A stretch of 59,135 nucleotides of DNA, counting the filler, from Dugesia japonica (Eukaryota): NCBI GenBank assembly GCA_001938525.1. It is 5 parts of 5 records of this genome, joined end to end, with 100 filler letters (N's around TTAATTAATTAA, not from the genome) between each part and the next. Parts side by side here need not be neighbours in the genome. Positions count along the whole stretch, not along the records: positions 48,823 to 59,135 come from MQRL01648327.1; 4 more parts are not named here. One strand, written 5' to 3'. The position numbers were made by a program, and so were the translations under genes. Below the pieces are notes generated by a model. The model did not search any database, was not told the origin of the DNA, and saw only the letters and a list, made by a program, of their open reading frames with translations. Shown here piece by piece: positions 52,294 to 59,135 of the stretch. Each line of letters opens with the position of its first letter. The first letter of the stretch is position 1.

Positions 52294-53235
52294 TTAAGCG
52301 CACAATCCATCTTCGCATTTTGTGTCTTTTGGACAACTAGTACAGGAAAATCCAGTTTCATACGGATCAGCTCCTTGTTCATTGCCACTAAATTAATTCA
52401 AAAATTAATGTAAAAATGTACTAATTTAATTTACGCAGGGCCATAATTACAGACCAGTGACGTCATACCACTTTGGTTTTCGCAAATGGTAGCAGCACAT
52501 CCAACCTCTTGTGTTTTAGCCCACACTAACTGTAAATGACAAATAAATTATTTTCTTTAATTTATATTTTAAAATTTAAATCTCATAACATGTTTTTATT
52601 TTTATAGTTTATATTTAAATGAATATCTATTGAAATTAGCATGCCATATGTTAACAGACCATATGTTAACATATCATTATTAACAAGAGATAATTTCAAA
52701 ACGAAAATAATTTACTTGAGTATAATGACCACATTTCTTTTGGCAAGTCATTGCGTTATAATTAAATAGAGTGAATTCTTCAAACCACAAATCCACACCT
52801 CTGATCAAATTAAAAATTTAATATTATTGCTAAAAATTATTAGAATCACTTTGTAATATTAGTTCCTGGGAAAATAGCAATATTTTGTCCGACGTTTTTA
52901 AATGGACCATAAATTCGAGCATTTTTATCGTCATGATCAATTGTACATTTGTTTGCTAAAGTTTGTGCCATTTCCGCAGCCGTAGAACTCCATTTCTAAT
53001 TTATTATATAAAATAATTTAATTTCAAATCAAAATTATAAAAATTCTGAAGTGAATTTTACCATTTTTAACATATTGGCAGCCGGCGGTTGATCTTTGAT
53101 TTTTCCATAAGCTATCGCTCTTCTATAATTATTATGTACTTCAAGAAGTTGATTTTTTTCACTGTCGGTAAGAACAGAAAAACAATTTTGAATACATATT
53201 ACACTGAAAATAGCAACTAGACATAAATAATTCAT
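52294..53235 (-). CDS. Secreted CAP/SCP/TAPS (venom allergen-like, GLIPR1-like) protein, 5 exons, 197 aa
   Basis: Exons 53235-53062, 52995-52850, 52800-52716, 52529-52435, 52387-52294 (594 nt, GT-AG); signal peptide; HNNYR, QPPAANMLKMKW, VGQNIA, CGHYTQLVWA..VGCA, VCNYGPAGN, Cys-rich hinge; TATAAA at 53280-53275. Confidence 0.93.
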
Positions 53236-53472
53236 AATTAATGTTTAATGGATAATAAGATCTAGTTTCATGCATTTATATTACGAATTTTATTTGCATG
53301 ATATGAACAGATCTACAAATTTAATAGACAACAAAATAGATATTTCATCTGTTTCCTGAAATCTGTTATGGAAATATGTCAATTTTCTTTTAAAAATAAA
53401 AAAAAACTGAAAAGTATATAGATTTTATTTTTTAGCTATTTACAATTAAAAATTTTAAATGTCTAAAATTCC

Positions 53473-53498
53473 ATAATAATAATAATAATAATAATAAC

Positions 53499-53545
<47 letters not shown>

Positions 53546-53665
53546 NNNNNNNNNNNNNNNNNNNNNNNNNNNNNNNNNNNNNNNNNNNNNNNNNNNNNNN
53601 NNNNNNNNNNNNNNNNNNNNNNNNNNNNNNNNNNNNNNNNNNNNNNNNNNNNNNNNNNNNNNNNN

Positions 53666-53703
<38 letters not shown>

Positions 53704-53737
53704 TTAATAATAATAATAATAATTATAATAATAATAA
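53473..53737. repeat. (AAT)n microsatellite
   Basis: Direct reading; partly N. Confidence 0.9.
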
Positions 53738-54084
53738 TTGTTAGATGAGTTTTGAGTACTCATCGGATCATCAACATCAAAATTCGGTTCCATATTAAAA
53801 TTTATTTCAAATAAAAACTAAGAACATAATTTGCTTTTTTTCAAGCAAACTTAAAAATTCATATTTAAAAACGAAAAATGCTAAATATTTTAATTTAAAA
53901 TTACTATCCAATTTAAAATACACTAAAAACATTCATTTAATTTTGTATTTTATTCTATTTAAAATATCATTAAATTTTAAAATTTTTTTTATAAATGATT
54001 TTTCTGATAAAAATTTGCATCCAAATTTGATTTTAATAAATTCCGTTTTAAAATACAATAAGTTTAAGTCTTATTTCAAAAAAC

Positions 54085-54265
54085 TATCTTATATCCCTCT
54101 TTTTAAGAAATTTTTTGATCTTCTCTACGTTTCTTTCAGGACTTTTCCCGTTTGTATCTTCCAGAATAAATCGTCTGTCGTGAACTTTCCTCTTGATCTT
54201 ATAGGGTCTTTCATAACGATCTTGTTTCTTGTTTCAACTTTCGCTAAGACTTCATCACTAGGAAA
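54085..54265 (-). mobile_element. Small Gypsy integrase C-terminus plus polypurine tract relic
   Basis: RYERPYKIKRKVHDRRFILED...RNVEKIKKF followed by AAAAAGAGGGA. Confidence 0.45.
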
Positions 54266-54430
54266 TACTAAACTAGGATTCCGGAATTCCGAAAACCGGG
54301 ATCCTGGACCATTTTGAACCAGTTTTTAATACCAGTTTTTGTTGGTTCAATTTCGGTTTTTCGGTTTTCAAATATTTTCAGTCATTTAGGTAGTGATTGA
54401 TACAAAGTCCTTATCAATTTAATTACAATC

Positions 54431-57400
54431 TGTGGAACTATTAGTCTAGCAGTACACTAAACCAAACAAAACGTTTTTGATTATGTTATTGTAATTAAAT
54501 AAGGGAAATTAAGTTTACTAAAATTTATTTAAAATCTACACAAATTAATTATTATTATTAAAATACATGTCACAATCCCCTTTCTTTAAAGATTTTATCA
54601 CATATTTAGGATTTGGCTTTATCTCTCTCGTTGGATATCGCTTTTTGCATTGTTCTGAGTTGTCTATAAGAACAAGCTTTACATCACTGTTGTTATGTGG
54701 CACTAATGATTGATTTCTTTTACCGTTTCTTTTTTATTTCTGAATTCTCCATGGAATCGTTTTACTAGGTGAAGATTTCGACAAATTACTTTCATTCCAT
54801 CATCTAATTCTAAANTNTAATTACTGAGAAACTTGTTTACCATCCACGGTCCTGTAAATCTTTTTATAGTAACCCTCTGTCTTNTGTTTTTACCATTACC
54901 CAATCACCNATCTTTAACGTANTGTTCTTATTTTCTGCTTTATTTTCTTTTNGAATCTGTTTTCTCTTTTCTGTAATTCTCTCCCTTTGTTGTTTAAAAT
55001 TTTTCTGAAAATCCATTTTGTAAATTTCTACATTGGCAGTCAAAATATCTGATTTCAAATCCATATTTTTTTCAAAAAGAATTTTATAAGGTGCGACCTC
55101 CAATTTTTTGTTANNNNNNNNNNNNNNNNNNNNNNNNNNNNNNNNNNNNNNNNNNNNNNNNNNATGATCTCATACTTAGTTCAACAAAAGGAATTGCTTT
55201 AACCCACGATTGGTTATGCGACTTACAAGATGCAAATGATTTGTCTTTGGCTGTTCTAAATACGCGTTCTAGCCCATTACCCTGATGATAATATGGTGCT
55301 GAAAATGATTGCTTTATTTGTAATTTATTACACAATTTCTTCATTATTTCCGATTTAAATTGTGTTCCGTAATCAGAATGAATTATCCTCGGAATACCAA
55401 AGTACGCTATCCATCTTTCAAATATCATTTCAGTAACTGTATTGCAGAAATATTCTTCAATGGTATTAACGGTATATATCTAGTAAAAAAATTGATGATT
55501 CCTAAAATATATGAATATCCCTCGCAATTTGGTAGTGGTCCAGTTATATTGCAACATATCATTTCAAATGGTTCTGTAGCTGTAAAAGAGTTTTTGATAT
55601 TGTAACCCATTTTATTCCCCTGCTTTCTCTAAGCACATTGCATACAATTTGCGACAGACTTCTATGTATCTTTTTCCATGTCCATTCATTCATGATATCT
55701 CTTGATATTAGTCAAAGTTTCATTAGCGTTTGGATGAGCTAATTGACGTGAAAATATTTTAAAATGTCATTGATTTTCTTTTTATTATACTCTTTATATG
55801 TATCTTTTAATTCATTAATTTGTCGATAACCTTCATCATCTGAATTGCTTTTGTTGGACTTTGACACTTTGACATTTTGTCTAGTTTTTGGGTTGATATG
55901 TTTTATTTCACATTGTTCGCACTGGAATTCTCTGGAAAGTGCATCTGCGTTTGCATGTAATCGTCCTTTTCGATGTTGAATTTCAAAATCATACATACTT
56001 AGTTTATCAATCCAGAAGCAGTACTGTGATGTATTTAGTCTTTTCTAATTCAACATCCATGTTAAACTCTTATGATCTGTACAAATAATAAATTTCTTCC
56101 CCAATAAATAATGCTTGTATTTCTTCACAAAGTAATAAACTGCCATGAGTTCTTTCTTGGTTATACAATAAATTTTTTCTGCTTTTGAAAACTCTTTAGA
56201 TCCATAGCATTGTTATCTTGAATTTGACTTAAAACTGCTCCCATAGCAAAGTGACTAGCATCTGTATCCAATACGAAAACATCATTCCTATTTGGAAACG
56301 ATAAAACTGGTGCGCTTGTGAGAGCATATTTCAGACTTTCGAAAGATTCCTTATGAAATTCAGCCGATATTGAATCTATCTTTTTTCCGTTTTTCGTGAT
56401 GTTTGCATCTCTTAATAAATCTTCTAGAGATTTAACGATTTTGGCATATCCCAAATAAATCTTCTGTAATAATTGCAAAACCCTAGAAAACTTCATAATT
56501 CTTCATTTGTCTTAGGAATACTCCAATTCTTTACTACACTAATTTTTTCTGAATCAGTTTCTACTCCTTCGACTGATATTATGTGACTCAAATATTTTAC
56601 TGAAGTTTTCAAAAAAACGCGTTTCTTTGGAGATAACTTAACTCCTGACTACCGAATCTTCTCTAATACTATTTTCAGTCTTTCATTGTGTTCCTCTATG
56701 GTTTTCCCGAAAATCAAAATATCATCGAGATATATTAAGCATTTATCGAAATTTTCTTCTCTGAGAACTAAATGCATTAATCTTTGAAAAGTTACTGGTG
56801 CTCCACCCAGTCCAAAAGACATGCGATTAAATTCATACTGACCTTTTCATGTAGCAAAATCTGTTTTCTCGCTGTCTTTGTCACTTATTTCTAAATTGTA
56901 ATAACCACTAGATATATCAAGTGCACTAAAAAATCTTGATCCCGCAAGTGAATCGAATAACTGTTGGTTATCTGGAATAGGATGTATAGGTCTGTTAGTA
57001 ACTAAGTTTAATTCTCTATGGTCTATACATAGTCTAATGTCTCCAAATTTCTTTTGAACAACCACAATAGGTGAAGACCACGGACTTGAACTCTCGCGAA
57101 TGATTCCGTTGTGTTCAAGCTCTTTGATCATTTCGTCGATGTTACTCTTTAAATGAAGGGGAGCTCTTCGTAATGGTTAAGCGTTAGGTTTAGGATCAAT
57201 AACATCTATTTCGTGTTTTAANNNNNNNNNNNNNNNNNNNNNNNNNNNNNNNNNNNNNNNNNNNNNNNNNNAAGTGGACAATGTCCGATATCATAATTAT
57301 CTTTACTAAATATATCTTTAAATTCTGTAATTATCTTTATTACAGGATTTTTCGCATTTTAATCGATATCAAATGAAGGTTTGTTCATAATCGTATACAT

Positions 57401-59135
57401 TATACATTGGATATGCCCAATCCCGGTATCTTGATATATTCTATTAATATTTGCGATATTATCTTCTCTATCATCTACAATCTCAATACAGCCTAATCTC
57501 TAATTTCGAAACATTTTAATATCTTTATATTTTAAGTTAATTATTCTTACTCGGATTTTACCAGTTACTCTAACATAAGATACACTATTCGCAGCTAAAA
57601 CCCCTATATTCGCTAACTTATCTTTATTTGGACGAAAAATAAACTTTCTTTAAACAAAATATATTGCTATCTACACTAGCTAAGACAGTTACTTCCTCTT
57701 TTCTCAAAATTGTAACTGTATTTTCTAATATAACTCTTACTGTACACATTTGAGCCCCCTTCACACTTCTCTCACTATTATCTGGACCCACGGATACAGT
57801 GCTCTTTAGTTTTCCGCTAACTCTCTTATTTGGGATATGAAAGGTACTTTTATTTCATCTACAGTTATACAGTCTAGTTTTGGTAAAATCGAAATGTTCA
57901 TTTTTTTCATATTTCTTATGCCTATTATGACTTTTGGGAACAATTTATCTACAATAGTCATCCTAATTCTATTAGTTTTATTTCCTATAGTTACATTTTT
58001 AAAGAATATCCGATTACCTCGATCGGTGAGCCATTTGCACATGTAAATGTCTTGTTTGATCGAATCAGCTTGACTTTTTCTTTTTTCTCGGATCATTTGA
58101 AATAGTTTGAAATCCATGATGCTGGACTCTGCTCCAGAATATATAAAAATTTTCTCTTCTTCTTGTCCTACTTTGCCTTTGATTTTTGGTTTGTTTGTTG
58201 TGAGTTCGCTTCTTGTATCTGATATCATTGTTCTTTGTCCTTTGTAAATTGGAAATTTGTGTCTTGAACCTCGAATATATTCATCCAACTTAATAATATC
58301 GTCTGGGTAGTTGATATTTCTTTTTCTTTCCTTTTGTCTTTCTATTTTCTTTTCTTTTAAAACAATTTTGAAAAATTCTTTATTATCTTCAGATTTCTTT
58401 TGATAATCAAAACTGGCTTCATCATATTCAATATTAGAATTGTCATTTGTTTCATCTAGTCTTCGAAAAGCTTCTTTCTGAATATTAGATATTTTTGCTG
58501 CTTGACAAAATCGAGATATATGCCCGGATTTGTTACAGTTTCTGCTTAGCAATGGTTTGTTGCAATTTTGAGCAATATGATCTTTCCCGTTACAATTAAA
58601 ACATTTTAATTCTTGTTTGAACTTTTAAAGTGCCTACTTAGGAGAATCTGTTTCATGGTTTCTTGCCAAATACTTTATACGATTTTCAAGCTCAATAATC
58701 TTTCGTTAAAATATTTCCATTTCTTGACATTTTGCTGTATTAACATCATTTCTAATAATTCATAATTTATCATTATGCCGAGTTTTATCTTCCTTTTTCA
58801 TAAAATTGAAAGCTTCTACCAGTGTGTTTGGTTTCATAATTTTCGTGGCTCTGGCTGCCAAACAATTATTAACCCCTTTCAAAAATATTGATAAGAGAGT
58901 CTTTTCTCTATCAAATTCATCATAATCNNNNNNNNNNNNNNNNNNNNNNNNTCTGATAGCAGTTAGATACTGTCTAAGAGTCATATCTTCCTGCTTCAAG
59001 GATAAAATATTAATTATTGGAGTTACTTTAGTTGACTTGATTTAATATAATTCAAATATTTTTGTCTTCAGCCATTCATAATTCGATTTAAACTCTGGAA
59101 TTAATTGGAGTTCAAAAAATGCTTCTTCTTCTAAA
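54431..59135 (-). mobile_element. Ty3/Gypsy LTR retrotransposon (gag, zinc knuckles, protease, RT, RNase H, integrase), degenerate
   Basis: CFNCNGKDHIAQNC knuckle, protease IYSGAESS, SSPWSSP, ALDISSGYY, YLDD, LDTDAS, HANADALSR, IHSDYGTQF, FTGPW; PPT AAAGAAAGGGGA 54587-54576, then 3' LTR start TGTGAC at 54574 (LTR end uncertain). Confidence 0.92.
57751..57815 (-). promoter_or_regulatory. Predicted -1 ribosomal frameshift site with H-type pseudoknot
   Basis: G GAA AAC TAA at 57815-57806; stem 1 CACTGTATC/GATAATAGTG; loop TGGGTCC can pair with GGGCTCA; -1 frame is open across the stop. Confidence 0.6.

Overview
Very AT-rich, intron-containing animal DNA. The 43-52 nt introns, (ATT)n tracts and repeat content suggest a planarian-like flatworm (inference). 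Four identical 100-bp spacers (44N-TTAATTAATTAA-44N) split the window into five contigs, so adjacency across them is unproven. Host genes: a complete 6-exon Tbx2/3 gene (- strand, 638 aa), seven internal exons of axonemal dynein heavy chain DNAH10 (+), and a complete 5-exon secreted CAP/SCP/TAPS gene (-, 197 aa). The standout is a ~7.2-kb endogenous Polinton/Maverick (adintovirus-like) segment at 38241-45470. It encodes a ZnF/OTU/EndoVII-like pPolB, an adenovirus pX-like precursor, a penton, an adenain-type protease and a fibre-like protein. It also carries a strand-polarised CATAAAGG octamer, two 16-bp CACGCGTG-core palindromes and a subterminal E-box-rich array. Other notable items: Penelope-like insertions with minimal hammerhead ribozymes and fold-back tails, a Gypsy element with a -1 frameshift/pseudoknot placed after the protease, a Tc1/mariner relic carrying a copy of part of its host tbx2/3 gene, and a GGCGNC (Smad-like) cluster in tbx2/3 intron 1. 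All coordinates and counts were read by eye; no searches were run.
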